A program made the translations under genes and the position numbers. Under the pieces are notes generated by a model, which had not been told where the DNA came from, did no database searches, and saw only the letters and a program-made list of their open reading frames with translations. Shown here in pieces: positions 1-13,940 of a stretch of 64,000 nt of DNA. Within the stretch, counting starts at the first letter, position 1, and each line of letters starts with the position of its first letter. The stretch lies in assembly GCA_051362555.1 (NCBI GenBank), contig CM120643.1, forward strand, positions 22,138,848 through 22,202,847, given 5' to 3'. The stretch is from Lingula anatina. Lineage: Eukaryota; Animalia; Brachiopoda.

Positions 1-12
1 TTATTATTATTA

Positions 13-480
13 TTCCTCGGATGATAGCAGCATCACACCCTAGGTCTAAGCTAAGATCTAAGAAACGGTATATTAGATCTTAGGTCTAAACGAGTTGACT
101 AGAAGCTTTTTGTCCAAGCATCCTATTCCTACTACTTAAACTAATAACCCTAAACCACAAAGATTTATGCGGTAAAAACTATTTAAACTAAATGAGGTGC
201 ATTGACAGAGTCACAAGTACAATCCAACGCCAACGTGCAACAGGGGAAAGTCTGACAGTGTATTACATAATACATGAAAGTACGGTTAATATGAACAGTG
301 TAAGACATCAGTTAAAGAGGAGGGGGTCTTACTATCTATTGTTAAACGCGACTGTTCTTATCTCTCGAACAGGCTTAAACCATGCCTATACTGTGTCTCC
401 GGCTGTCGTGCAGAAACGGCATGTCGAACATATTTTGTTACAGTTACAACCAAGGTAAACTAGCGACTTGTTCTAGATCG
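13..480 (+). repeat. Dispersed repeat family A (other pieces: ~670-840 +, 41626-41810 +, 41895-41976 -, 46900-47230 -)
   Basis: Shared GTTAAAGAGGAGGGGGTCTTACTAT..CTATTGTTAAACGCGACTG..CATGTCGAACATATTTTG core. Confidence 0.8.
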
Positions 481-3113
481 CTCTAGTAAGAAAGCATAAG
501 TGCGGCACCCGGGCACAAACAATCAACTACAGGGTATAAGATTTATATCTTAGCGTTTACATATGACGCGCAAAGAGCTAAGCAATTAGCCTTGACAAAG
601 TGGTCCGTTTTTAAACAACAACGAGAAAAAAGAACGCCTTGTCATAGTTATGAGACAAATCGCTTGCAACGTGCAACAAGGGGGATGTCTGACAGTGTGG
701 TCACACTACATGTTTATGAAAGTACGGTGAATTAACAGTCTTAGACATCGCTCAAAGAGGAGGGGGCTTACTATAGCCCGCAATCTATTGTTAAACGCGA
801 TCATTATCTTTTCTCAAACAACCTTAAACCAAACCTAAACAATAAGATTGTTAAATCAGATAAGTGATGAAAAATCATATTGGAAATTTACGTTGACGAC
901 GGAGACTGTTTCATTCGCAAAGTAAATGAAACAAGACTGGTCCAAGTTAACGTCCATATTGAATAAATCTTAGAATGTTAAATCTAAAGCCCTGCTTTAC
1001 GTAGTTTGGTAATAGTTATTTAGTAAGCTAGGTTTATTCACATATATCACAAAGCATAAGGGCCTTATTCTGCAAACAACCCATTTTGAACGCAATTGTC
1101 ATCGCTCCCGAACAACCTGAAATCATGCCTATACAATAGTAGGAGATGCACGTCTGTAAAGCCTCTCTTCTGGTCCTCAAATCAAGTTCGGTCCCTTGGT
1201 TCTAAACTGTTTACTAGAGGCTCTGTTCTGGTCCTACACCTGTAAATGTCCATCATGACGTGTTCTAACGTGTTCCCCAAACGTGTCCTTGGTTGACTCT
1301 ATTATGGTCTCCAATATTTGAGGTTTAATACTTTGAGAGGCTACCAAAAAACGTACGTAAACTGAATGTTGGAAAGAAATGCATTTCAATTATTTAAATT
1401 GTATTATATTTGCTATAATATATTCTCAGATTTTTTAAAGAACACAAAAATTTTGCTGCGTGACTACCTTTAGGATGCTTAATACTACTACAATGTTTAT
1501 GGCGTTCTCTGCTTCTTGTTTTCAAGACAGTTACATTCGTAGGTGATTGTGTGCATGTGTGTGGGGGGAGGGGGTACTCACTCACTCACTCGTTCTTTAT
1601 TCCGTTTCAAGTTAGTATAAGCTCTTATTTTCATATGGACGCGTTTATTCCTGTGAATTTCCTAAATGTCCACTGGACTGTCAAGAACTATAGTGATTCA
1701 GAGCTTATATAGGCACAGTATAATGGATTTTTACTGCATACGTTTTATAAATCTATTAAAATACTGCAATTTATGTAAAGAGCTCCCTATGAAGGATAGT
1801 CTAGCTACTCTATTCATTTACGCATTTTGTTTAAGAATTTTCTTTTTCAATTTTCAGGATTTAGGGTTGAGGTATGGTCACTATAAAAATACCAAAATGT
1901 ATGCGTTTGGTGCAAGTAGTAGAAATGGATTATATTATTTTCGAATCAGCGGATCTAAAATAAACAAAGTTTATTAATAAATGCGCAATATATTCGTAAT
2001 TATAGCCTGTTTGACTGCATTTAAACTAAGACGCAAGTGAAGATAATGTGTGTTTGATTGACGGGGCTGGTTTAGAGATGAGCTGCATACCTTGTTGGTA
2101 TTTATACCTAGGCTTTCACAAGCTATATATCCCATATCATTCGGATAATGTTCAAATGATGTTTTGCTACTGGATGACAACTTACATGTAGCATCCCAAT
2201 TGTATTGCTTTAGGAGCGTACAGTGAAGGGAATATCATGAAATCCCAGTGATCTGACCAAAGACATTGTGGCGAGTTGAGAGACTAATGGTAGAGGACAG
2301 ATCCAGTATAACTACTTAGTATAAGTATGCATACCAATGCAATTTACCTTTACACAACGCCGTACTCCCTTGGGCAAAATTAAAGGCTAACATCCCCGTT
2401 TCAATTTACCACTTCAAGGGAAAGATTCAGAACAGCGCCAATACTAATTAGAGCTTTTAAGCAGATTGTTGGAAGATTGTGTTAATTCGTTACATCTAAG
2501 CTTTGTCAGGGATTGATTTTTGGTTAGGGTTATGGTTTATGTTTAGTTTAGTTTAGTTTATTTCACAAATTTTTAAAAAAAGTCAAGTTGAACCTTTCTA
2601 CTGATATACTTTATCATGGTTCGGTTAAGAAGATATATACCCCTCCCCCCTGCCCACACTTATTTCAGCCTGTAAGATTGGAAATTCGGTAGTCTGGCTC
2701 GGGCAATAAAATCTTACTATCTCCACATCTGGTTTCTATCAAGCGCGTTCAGGGCTTCAGAGCTTAGGACAAACATATTGCTCCTCGGGCCAGGAAATCT
2801 GGAGAGGGGGAGTAGAGGAACATGTCTTCTCAATATGGAAATCTATATATTTTTGGTAATTTCCTTTGTAACATTTACGAACACTGTAAAATGCCCTTTC
2901 TCAAATTAATATAATGTTCACACATTTCTGTACATATCCTGAATTGAAATACTAATTTTAAATGTCAGATTTATGACAAGGGAGAGAGAGGTCAAGACAT
3001 TCTGTAAATGTCCCGAACTAGGGGAGAGTGTTATAAACTAAACACATCTTGGCAATAACCCGTAGCCAGTTAGACTGCTGAATGGCTTACTTATTATGAT
3101 CAACATTATTGTT

Positions 3114-4705
3114 TATTGTACCACCAGCGTTAGCGCTGGCGGTACACATGGTTTTAGTCCCGTCCGGATCGTTCCGCCGGCTCCGCCGGACGGCTACCGT
3201 TACCGCTTCTCCTCCTAGACGGTAAGGGCCCCCGTACCCATCTCTTGGATTTAAGTCACCTATAATCTCAACTCATTCCACGTAAAATTTGGGCTTTGTC
3301 TGTTTTGGGGTCTAGGTGTGGCACTCATTGCAATGCACCCTTGTCTAAAAATGGCAAAATTAAATGCTAATTATCTACCCTACGGAAGGAATTATGGGAA
3401 AAATTTCTACAGACGGCTTTCCAAAAGTCATATGTGTAGATTTCAAATATGCCCTTGGATTTGACCTTTGACCTTTATTTCAAGGTCAAACGGGCCAAAA
3501 TTTTCAAAAAAATGAATTTTTTTACGAAAAAAAAATTATTTGCCCTGTTATTCAGACACCACACAGACTTAACCAATAATATTATTGGAAAGTGTTACCC
3601 TTCAGGTCATCTTTCATTTCCGTGAATTTGGGGTCAATCGGTGCATTTTCACGAGAGTAGCGGCCATAAGATACCGAAACTGAAAACTGTCTCTAATTCG
3701 GGAACCGTTAATGCTAGAGACCCATTCTTTTTTTGTATTTTGTAGAGCATGTAAAGCCCAACACTAAGAGTGGTCTCGGTTTTTTTGTATTTCATACGGT
3801 TTTCGAGTTACGCTGTATCAAAAAGTACATATTGGTGGTGAAAGCAAAATGTGCAGTACGGTAATGGATAATAAATTTTGAACTCCGGAAAAATAAAACA
3901 TAAGGCTTGGCAAAGCAGACAACTTGTGGTCAAAAATGACATTATTTCATCAAATTTGAACATCTGGAACTTCGGAGCACCTCCCATTTCAAGAATTTTG
4001 ACCAAAATGACCTTTTCTTCATTTTAATTAATTTCTTATGTAGGAAATTTATGGCACATTATGGTAACTCCAAAATTATAACATTTAGTCCCTTATTTCT
4101 CCAAAACTGGCAGAGATAGGTCCATAGTTACTATTGAAGTTGAATAGGAAGTCATATACTGGCAATCTTACTGTGACCTTGAAATTGACCTTTGACCTAC
4201 TTTTCACCATGAACTGAACTTTGCAAATTTTGCTTCCCTTTTATCTCCAAAACTGGTAGAGATAGGTCCATAGTTACTATTGAACTTGAATAGGAAGTCA
4301 TATATTGGCAATCTAAATATGACCTTGAAATTGACCTTTGACCTACTTTTCACCATGAACTGAACTTTGCAAATTTTGCTTCCCTTTTATCTCCAAAACT
4401 GGCAGAGATAGGTCCATAGTTACTATTGAAGTTGAAAAGGAAGTCATATACTGGCAATTTACTGTGACCTTGAAATTGACCTGTGACCTACCTTACGATG
4501 AACTTAACTTTGATTGTACCAATTTTAGTCATATATATTTTTTGCATATTTTGAAAATTCTTGTTGATTGCATTTTTACAGCTTGTCAAGCACAAGACTG
4601 GTGGCTGTGTCCCTTATTTTGTGTATGTGGGGGTCTATATGAATGCGCTTGCTCCAGCTGGTGGTACAATATTCGGAGGCGGTATCGCCTCTCTGATCCT
4701 CCAGT
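3114..4705 (+). mobile_element. Helentron-associated (HINE/DINE-1/pearl-like) element with a 146-bp internal tandem array
   Basis: subTIR TATTGTACCACCAGC (3114-3128) with an adjacent inverted partner and a perfect 3' partner at 4657-4671; short GC-rich simple repeat; units start 4099/4245/4391; 3' hairpin GGAGGCGGTATCGCCTCT; T-rich flanks. Confidence 0.8.
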
Positions 4706-5176
4706 ATTTTTATTAATATCAAACAATTTTACTGTTTTCAGGTATACCTGAACCTGTACTCTGCGCCATATAATAGCAATGGTGCAAAGTAGTGATATTG
4801 TAAAATCCTGCAATAAAATTTTCTTCAAATATTAATTTGTATTAAATGGTTGAATACAACATAAGTAATAGAACAGTAACAGAATTCAGTATAATGATAC
4901 TGAATTGTTGTAAGGACATGTAGGAGCAGGGTGACCATATATGCTCGGAATTTTGTCGGAGAGGGAAATTTCTCGAGTTTGTTCACTGCTCTGTGAATTA
5001 AGCCATATTTTGTAGCCTGAGATGCCGTATCCGTTACTTCGTGACCTGACCTGTCAAAAGCACGTCTGGGCGCTCTTTTCATCTATCAGTTCTTCCACAT
5101 TAATCAAGATACGGAGTATTAATTACAAGTGCCCGGGGAGGGGTGGGGGGAAGAGGGAGCATGAAGTGAATAAATA

Positions 5177-6840
5177 CAGACTTGACATTTAATATGGAAT
5201 ATTTTTTTTCCAAATCATTTTTCATCAGTTTTTTCCTATTTTGCAGACTGATAAATGAAAATAAGGATTAAAATCGTGTTTTAATAACTTTTAATTATCT
5301 CTTTGATGTCATTGTGACATCAGTTCATCAATGGAATTCGCCAGAAAAGCAAACAAAAACACATTGCCTATTCTAAGTCATACGACAACCATTAAAAGGG
5401 ATAATTTGAACCTCCATATTTTCCAAATTATTGTCTGTAAAAGAGTTAAACGCTCCACAAAAGACCCTCATGGCAGTTTCTAGTCACAGTAACGGTCGCT
5501 GTTACGCCTGACTTCTTCTGGCTGCTACCAGCGCTCTCAAGTGGCAAGGTATTCCTTGGGATAGGTTTTTAAAGTTTAATCTGGAATAACATTCCATGCA
5601 TCGGTCAAAATCTGCCCAATTTGGTCCAATATTGTTGTAGGATATGTAGGCCATTGATTCGGAGAGTAATGGCCTTCCAACATATTGTCTCTGTGGTTCA
5701 AATATGGCGATTTTGATGACCAAGGTAGCTGCTCATTCCCTTGGTTCTGTAAGTAAACTGCTATTAAAAGTGCTCTGTGTGAACCGGCAATTTCACCATG
5801 CAACCTAAAATTGTTCCTAAGTTGTCCCCTATCAAATGATAGCCAAGTGGTTCCCAGATTATTTCTTTAATTGATCTGGTTCAGGTTTTCGTCAATGACT
5901 ACCAATGGTGTTTTGGCACCAATGTGGTATCCACTCCAAATACTGACGCTGTTAATGACCTTAGTCACTTTAGACGCGGCACACGCTTCGTCGTTGGCCT
6001 CTTCTGGATGTCTGTAAACTCTGTTTTGACTGTTGAGCGGTACAGGTGAAATCTGACCTCAATAAAGAATTTCAAACGAGATTTCAGTGTTCAACCCAGA
6101 AACAGCCAAGGTCCTCAATTCAATAGAGAAACATACAACGATGTTTTGCTGTTTACAGTGGGTTCCTCGGAGGTCGTCTGATATTCCAACCTGCTAAAAC
6201 CAGTTTGGTGTTCGCTAAGGGCCTTGAAAAATGCGTTTTGGTGGTAATTTACCCCTCATTCTGAACGGACTTGGTGGTTTTTGTTTAGTTGCAACAGCAT
6301 ATCCCGAAAGACAGTGGGTCCTGTACCCTGGTGGTAAGATTTCAATACATTGGGTGTGGCCTCTGTGTAGGTACATCAGTCTGGGCATTACTCTGTAAAA
6401 CAGTGCGGACCGTTTCGTTTGGCGCAATTGCCTGCCTGGCAATGCCTGTCTTTTTCGCGCCATTCTGCCACAGATTAACAAATTTGTAAAGCACTGCATA
6501 GCTCATTTTACACACTGCAAACCCGACGACTTGCATGCAAAATTTCAAATTTTTCTATGCAGTAGTTGCCGACATATGGATACTTTTTTGACAGAACCAT
6601 GCTTTGCCAAAGCCTAGCTTTGACCTGCCCAAAGGAGTACTACCCAATTAAATCACTGCATATTACATAATGCAGCAGCGCAACAAACCTGGTAATCACT
6701 TAATTGGTAGCGACACATCTGACTACACACTTCTCCATTCACATATCTTATATGAGATCGGAGTTTGTGAAAAAAAAAAACGCATTTTCACCTAGGCGTA
6801 CATTCGAAACTGAAATATTCCATATTAAATGTCAAGTCTG
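5177..6840 (-). mobile_element. Tc1/mariner element with degenerate transposase
   Basis: Perfect 28-bp TIR CAGACTTGACATTTAATATGGAATATTT; TA on both sides; minus-strand GSHRALLIAVYLQNQGNEQLPWSSKSPYLN resembles the Tc1 WPxxSPDLNPIE region. Confidence 0.85.
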
Positions 6841-8317
6841 TAATTATAAGTAGTATCCTTGCGACACAAGGTTCACTCTGCAATTTATATCTTTCCATTT
6901 ATGCTGTGAAATAATAGCCAGGTAGTCCGTTGATCTCGCGAATCAACCAAATGACCGTTAGATGAGTTGCTTAACTGCAAGTAATTAATCCCCTCCCCTC
7001 CCCCGAACGTCATACTGGCAGGTTTCCAAATGAAGACTATACCGCAGAAAAAGTTTGGGGCCCAAAAGAGAGTCAGCCAAGGACACGTTTGGGGAACACG
7101 TTAGAACACGTCATGATGGACATTTACAGGTGTAGGACCAGAACAGAGCCTCTGGTAAACAGTTTAGAACCAAGGGACCGAACTTGATTTGAGGACCAGA
7201 AGAGAGGCTTTACACACGTCGAGTAAAAGATTCAACACCTGGGTTCCCAGCACTATTATGAAAAGGAAAATAACTTGACGTTTCATGCACAATCATCATC
7301 GAAAGCCTAATATCATTATGCTCCATGCGCAGTCGATTTTTATTAAAATAAAAAGTGTGTTTCATACAAGCAAAATCTAATTTTCCTTATAACTGTTACT
7401 GAACGGGCGAAGAGTTACATACACCCGGTTATAAAATTACAAATGTAATTATGAGGCTAATTTCTCTAATGTGGAATGAAACATTTTGTTGGCTTTCAAA
7501 TGATAGGACACTCACTGCAATTTTCTTTATGCCTCAGTGTGTTGCCGTGGGATTCACCAAAATTGCAGCACTCCTTGACAATCTTTCTTTGTCTGTGACG
7601 GTCTTCCGTGACTTACTAACTTCGGTGCAATAGTTGCGATGCTCGCGATCTCGGTCACCTCAGGTGTTTTAGATCACATCAAAAGCTGATAGTCTTTTAG
7701 ATTAACTGTCAGCAGTTGGCAAGCTTACTAATTGCTGATGCATTTTAAATGCATTGTAGTTGACCAAGAGCTCGTTAACAATAAAACCTGGTAATTATGC
7801 ACTGCTGCAATTCCCAAGCCAGGTAATAACAGGTATCAAACTCGTCTTGGTGGGCTTTCATTTTTTTCAATTTATCTCATTTATTTCATGGGGTTATTTT
7901 ATTGGTATTTGTAAATGACGTTAAATATCAATATTTAAACAATTAAGTTCAAACACGGTCGCGAACATTAATAAAAGAAATTGCTCTCAGGGTATCTTGA
8001 AGCATGCGTATGCCCAGGCATTACTTCCTTGAAAGAAAACGTGTTGAGGAAAAACAGGAAAAAGAGCGTGATATTAAAGAAAAAATGGGAACTGCTGTAA
8101 TAAAATGGTTCGTAATCCTAATACGTTTATGCTTTGGGTATTTGTTTCTGAAGGTTATTTCTTCTGAAATATTAAATAATTTAAAAGGTTTATCATTTTA
8201 TAACTTGAAATGCAAGTTATGCGTCTGTACGCAAAACGTTTTGCAGATTTGTAAGCTTTGTCAAACCCAAAAACATGTAGCAGATCAAGGTAAAAGGACA
8301 TTGTTTGTTACTGGTAG

Positions 8318-11300
8318 CAAGGAGTTATAGCAGAAGGAGATTACACGCGTGGGAGCGAGCCCGTTTTACGGTCTCTCATTGGTCGGAATGAATAGAACCC
8401 AGAGAACAATGGGTGCCTATCTCTGTTACGCCTTGTGTTACTCTCGTCTAAATCTCGTTTGTCAGAATAGGCGCCTTCGTCTGTCGTTTGGAGAGGACAC
8501 AAAGAGAAACGCAGTCAAAAGTTTCTTAAAATGAGAGAATTACAGAGTGCAGAGGATATAACGTTGGATAAGGTTTTCAAAAAACAGGTAAGTGCTTTTA
8601 AATGCATAACTACACGAAATATGAAGATAAATTGCAACTTTTATGCCGTAGGGTCTCACTGTGTAAGTGTCCAGCTACACGTTGATCTCGCGAGGTGGTG
8701 TGTGGAGAAAAAATATTGCACGAAAAATATTTCCCACTCATAACAAGTGCTTATAATTATAGTATCAGATGAAGAAAGTTTGGTCTTTATACAGTTGCAA
8801 TTGTTAAGTAATTTGTGGCAATAGCAAAGAATATAACTTAGGTGCACTTTCAGTAGCCGAATAACAAGCAGATGCTTAAGCAGCCATCTTGTTTATGTTT
8901 CGAAAAAAAATCACTCCAAAAGACATTTTCCTCCTACTTTTTGATACTTGTGTCACATGACAGTCATAAAATTTAACTAATTGGTGTGTGTGCAATACAT
9001 TTTCTTGAGCAGTATTGTTGGTTTTTCCGATTTTATATATGGTTTAGCTTGAATACGACAAGGGCCAATTTTCACGAGTCCAGATCAAAAACTGTTACGC
9101 TTGTTACGGCCAAAAGCCTGAACGTTTTTTGCACTTTTCAAATGCGTGATTATAAAAGATTTTGGTGTGTTTAGATTCTTGAACATCTTGGTCGTGGCTT
9201 GGTATAAATAACCTGTTTTGTTCAGAATACCAATTTTTTACTTTAGTGTTATGGGTAAATGTACCATTTTTGCCTTTACCTTTTTCGTGTTTAAAACTAA
9301 AAATACTTATCATGACAGTTAGTCATCAATTTTCTTCTCACCATGTTGGGTGGCTTTGGAGTGGTAACTTTGTTGTTAAAGTAAGGTGCTAAGTTATTTT
9401 GACTGGAAAAGTTTTGCCTCCACCCAGCATTTTCCATCATGGCGGTCTAACTGGAAGTTTGACTTCACAGTGTCTTTGGTATAGTTATTTTAAACTTATT
9501 TAGTCTTTATTTTACACATATATGTTTTAATTCATAATAAACCTTTGAAAAAAAGAACACATATGAATCCTGGTGCTTCTTAATTTAAAGTCTTAAGTCT
9601 TAAGTTCACCTAGGCTCCACCAATTATTTAACCTGTTATCTCACTACACATCTTCCTTTGAGTCAAGGTGTGTAAGGCACACCTTATTGTGTAAGACACC
9701 TCTATAAATAAGGGGTACTTGCTTCTCTACGGTAATTATACTTCACTACTTTGGCATGTTAGGTGTCAAGCTTGGATGTTTCAGTTCCTTTTATGAAAGA
9801 AGCTTTGCCTTGGTGGTTACAAAAGAATAGAACTCTATAAAGGTTTATTCATTACTTGAAAGTAAATATTTCATCTTGCAGTGTTGAAACGGAAATTCTC
9901 TCAAAAGTTGATAATAAATTTGACATGCATATCTTAACACTACTCAAGATTTTTTTCTTCTATTATAGATATGGGAGAAGGCTGCATTGAATATATGAAT
10001 TATGGTCAGGCTGGAAAAAATTAAAAAATGTCAATGAAAAAAGGAGGTCAGTGTGTCTGGGGTAAGTTACTTTTGTCATAATGCCTACGATGCATTAAAC
10101 ATTCACCAACAACAGTACCCTTTTTTTAATTTTTTCAAAATACAACCACCTTGGGCATTTTCTTTTTAGCAACCAGCCTATCTGAAATCCCCATTTTGTC
10201 CTGTCAGAAGAGTAGGAACCAGGGCGGATTTAAATAATTTCTAGTAATAAGTACAATTTCTTTCAATTTCTTGGGGTTATTAGCCTGTGATTATGAATCT
10301 TGGTGTTCTATATAAATTAAGTTGTAAATTGTTCATTTATATGGTGAACATTATTTCAGTCAAGTCATAACAAGACACATTAAACTTCACTGCGTAATTC
10401 CATAATGTCTGCATGGATACTAGTAGTTCATAATCCTATTAATATGTTTTTTTTTTCTAACCTTCAGGTTTCTCTCTTTTCTGAGTGGCATGGCATTGGC
10501 AAGGCAGAAGAAAAGGCCCTGAAGAAATTCTCACTCGAGTTGTCCTTTTTGGAGAAGAAACTGGATAAGACTGGCCAACAGAGATTGCATTAAATTAATA
10601 GTGCTCTTTCATGACATTTTAAAATATTTTCAGTCACCTAACTGACTCTATACATTTCAAAAGTGGACATAAATTTTATGTTACTTTCACGTGGAAAAAA
10701 ATTCAAAACCTATATATAATTTGTTGAGTGCTATGGTATAACAGTCTACCTGATTGCCAGTAAAATTTGGACTGTTTCAGTGAAATTTCTTTAAAGCAGT
10801 CACTTACTGGCCCAGTTAATTTTTTCAGCTGTAACATGTACTCCAGTTCATCTATAAATGTTCTGACTAAGTGTTGTCTTGGTTTATAATAATCTTTTGA
10901 AAATCCCATGTTTTTGATCCTTTTTGTAAGAATTAGCCACTTTATCTTCTAGGATTTTTTTTCATTCGGCCCATTAGATTCTCAGACCTTGCTGGCCTTT
11001 GAGTGGAATAGTATCTGGCACAGACTGGTATCAGCAAGTCAGATAAAAAAGAATATAATTATTTCTATTTGCAAGGTTGAAAAAAATGCCAACATAGACT
11101 GCATAAAACTGGAAAACTGTGGCAACTTAATTATTATGACTTCATTACTTACTGCTAATGTGTAAAATTTCGTTTTTGATTTTGTTCTTCTGTTGATATA
11201 ATAAAATGGTTTTACTCACAGATGCTACTATCATGATGCGTGAGTACAGAGTTGACTTAAAAGATATTTATATAGTATATAGTAAATAATAGTTTGAAAT

Positions 11301-11350
11301 TCTATATTCTCATCTTTCTTTGTTTCACTTTAAAGAGCTCGGTTAACACT

Positions 11351-11391
<41 letters not shown>

Positions 11392-12182
11392 TACATAAAT
11401 ATTTTTATGAATGAATAAAATTATTCTTAATGTTTAGCACTGTGCACTTGTTTACCGACAAATATGAAGTGTTAGTATGTGTCAAAATAATCCTGAAAAA
11501 AGGGAGATTTCCAAGATAAAGAAATTTATAACGAGTATTCAGTAAACTGACATGTCGTGGCATTGCCTCAACCTTTGATTAAAATTATACTTTAATGCAT
11601 TATAATATTAAAATTATACCGAGTGAGAGAAAAAATACTTAAAGAAATTTAAAACCAGTCACAAAGCTTAGGCACTGTCACAATGTATATGTTTATGGGA
11701 CCCAAGGGCAGGAGGGTCCAAACGTTTATGTATTAATATTATGTCATTTGGCAGTGAGGACAGACGTTCACTTGAATGTCATTTTCACAAACAATAATTG
11801 GGATGTTTTCTTTTGACTTCTCCTTAGTGATTTTTCACTGGGTTGTGCAAAAAAATGGCATCTATCACCGACTAAAAAATAACTCATGGCGACCGTCCTA
11901 AGACACCACCTTATAATCGCTTTCTATGATATTGTTCCCTTCCAGCACATCGTCCAAATAATTACCTGTGAAAAAAAATCGTCAGCATACAGCGCCGCTT
12001 TGACACTTCTAATCTCGAATTCTAACGCGAAATAACGCATATGAAATAAATCTCCAAGCTGAGGAGAGCGACGCAGACGAAACCTTGAGACAGGAGGCCC
12101 CCCGTAGCTAGCTCCGCCCACCGTAACAGACATCGGGCAATAGAGAGGCTTGCGTGTAATCTCCTTCTGTTATAACTCCTTG
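8318..12182. mobile_element. DNA transposon with 31-bp TIRs and 7-bp TSD (P/Galileo-like), non-autonomous or decayed
   Basis: CAAGGAGTTATAGCAGAAGGAGATTACACGC (8318-8348) versus 12152-12182, 1 mismatch; CTGGTAG at 8311-8317 and 12183-12189. Confidence 0.8.
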
Positions 12183-13409
12183 CTGGTAGCATGGAAAAAA
12201 TCATAAATTTAATGTGTTTACTAAGCGTACAGTTTTACGTACGTTAGTATATTTTAAATTATGCATGGAGATTTAACCTGGTAAGGGATATAAGAAAGCC
12301 ACAAACGTAATTTTAAAAAAGAATGTTGGGTGTAAAAAAAAGAGCACTACTGATAACTTAGTTCATTGTATATAACTTAGTATATTATGAAAAGCGGGAG
12401 ATACCCAATTCTTTTAAGTATGAAGCTACAATTTTTTTTTTTTAATATATTGATTTAAATCCCCTCTTCGAAAAATTGTATCATAAAACCGTGCTATAAA
12501 GATCTACTCAAGAAAAAATTTGCTTGACTAAAACTGAGTACGGAATGAACTGGAGACACTTGGCTTGTCAAGTTTTCACGAAAATATGTCAGATAACTTT
12601 ATACTGTCCTTGAAAGAGTAAAGATTGAAAGATAATTTTAGACAACTAGACAAACTTTGACGGGGGAAATATCCACAAAGAGTAAAGGGCTATTGCGCCA
12701 ACATCTTGTTGAATTTTTTACACTGCAATTCTGTTTAAATAAGCTAAGGAACTTATTGCCAAATTTAGACTTTCATCACATAACAGGGGCGTAACCAGAC
12801 CTGCAAAAGTTGTACGCACAGATTAAAAAAAATTACAAGCACGTACAGCAGAATTTAGACTAACGCAAAACATGAAGGACACCGTAATCACAGCAAATGT
12901 ACCTCATATAGCAGCTTAATTTCCATTAATAATAAAATCATCATTTAAGTCAAAATATTCTAGCGATTTAATAAATATTCTAATTTACCCAGAACGGTAT
13001 ATTTATTTAAAAGGAGGCTAACTGAAATATAGTTTTATTATTTGTTTGTGAAAATTGCTCATGTCACACCGTTAGTTTGGAGGTCTAAGCTGGATCGAGT
13101 CCATGTTAAAATTCCTATGAAGCTGTGCAGGAAAAATTCTTCCTTTGTTTCTCTAGCTCCTAGATAAACCTGGTGTTCAGATTTTGGCTAGTACCCCCAG
13201 GTCTGCGGGAGCTGCTCTTTGAAACTAACGCACAGGTAGATTTTTACCCGAGATAAATATCACCAGTGAGAGTGCATTCGATACTCGCTACAGGAAAATT
13301 TACCTCTGTCGTTTGTGTTATTTCAAACAAAACGATTTCCTGAAAGACCAACTTTAAAATGTATGTCTATTCAGCAAAATAATGTAATTTAATACAACTA
13401 TGAGTAATG

Positions 13410-13940
13410 TATTTAAAGTACGGCTGTATATGCAATGGGCCATGTGGGATAATAATTGCATACCTTGATGCAAAACAGTCTATCGTTTCTTCCACCGTGA
13501 GTCCCTTTAATTAATGTATTATATTACTCTTTACCCTTTTTATTTGACACTGTCTCTGTTTCTCTCCCCTTTTCCTTTCTCTTATAAGAAGGAGGGTAAA
13601 TAATTAAGCACTCAAAATATGCATCACCAATCTTCAGAAAAGAATGAATAAATGAACCATTGGGCTGGCCCACAACGTCCGACACGGCAGAATAAATCAA
13701 ATAACAGCTTTCACAGATTTAACTGCAGTTAGCTGTATAGTGTCACTATATACAGAATCCGCTGCACGCGCGAAGCTGTTGAACAAAAGGATAGTTCTCT
13801 ATGGAAGACCTTATCTTTACATAAGTACTCTAAGGGGGCGTGCCTACCCAGGCGACAAGAGGATTAGGCTAGTCACTATATTCCGTCAAAATCGTTTAGC
13901 GACCCTATCATTATCACACTCCCTTTATTGTATTTTCTGA
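13410..13940 (+). repeat. Dispersed repeat family B (second copy 46315-46840, same strand)
   Basis: Colinear ~520-bp match, e.g. GGAGGGTAAATAATTAAGCACTCAAAA..GCATCACCAATCTTCAGAAAAGAAT..ATCGTTTAGCGACCCTATCATTATCA. Confidence 0.85.

Larger units (their letters stand above)
1155..7214. mobile_element. Unclassified non-autonomous DNA transposon: TGT..ACA ends, 146-bp TIRs, 6-bp TSD
   Basis: 1155-1300 is the reverse complement of 7069-7214 (2 mismatches by eye); CACGTC at 1149-1154 and 7215-7220. Confidence 0.85.

Noticed and set aside
4900-5110. Possible CR1 RT C-terminal relic on the minus strand (similar faint LINE relics at ~2170-2450, ~25430-25900 and ~28860-29100)
   Set aside because: Similarity is too weak to support by eye.
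7991-8290. Exon-like segments (MRMPRHYFLERKRVEEKQ..; ICKLCQTQK..) as the Mieap 5' end
   Set aside because: I could not build a phase-consistent, stop-free path to the 21397 exon; unresolved without transcripts.
12784-13100. CAGGGGCGTAACCAG MITE-like left end
   Set aside because: No matching right end or TSD found.
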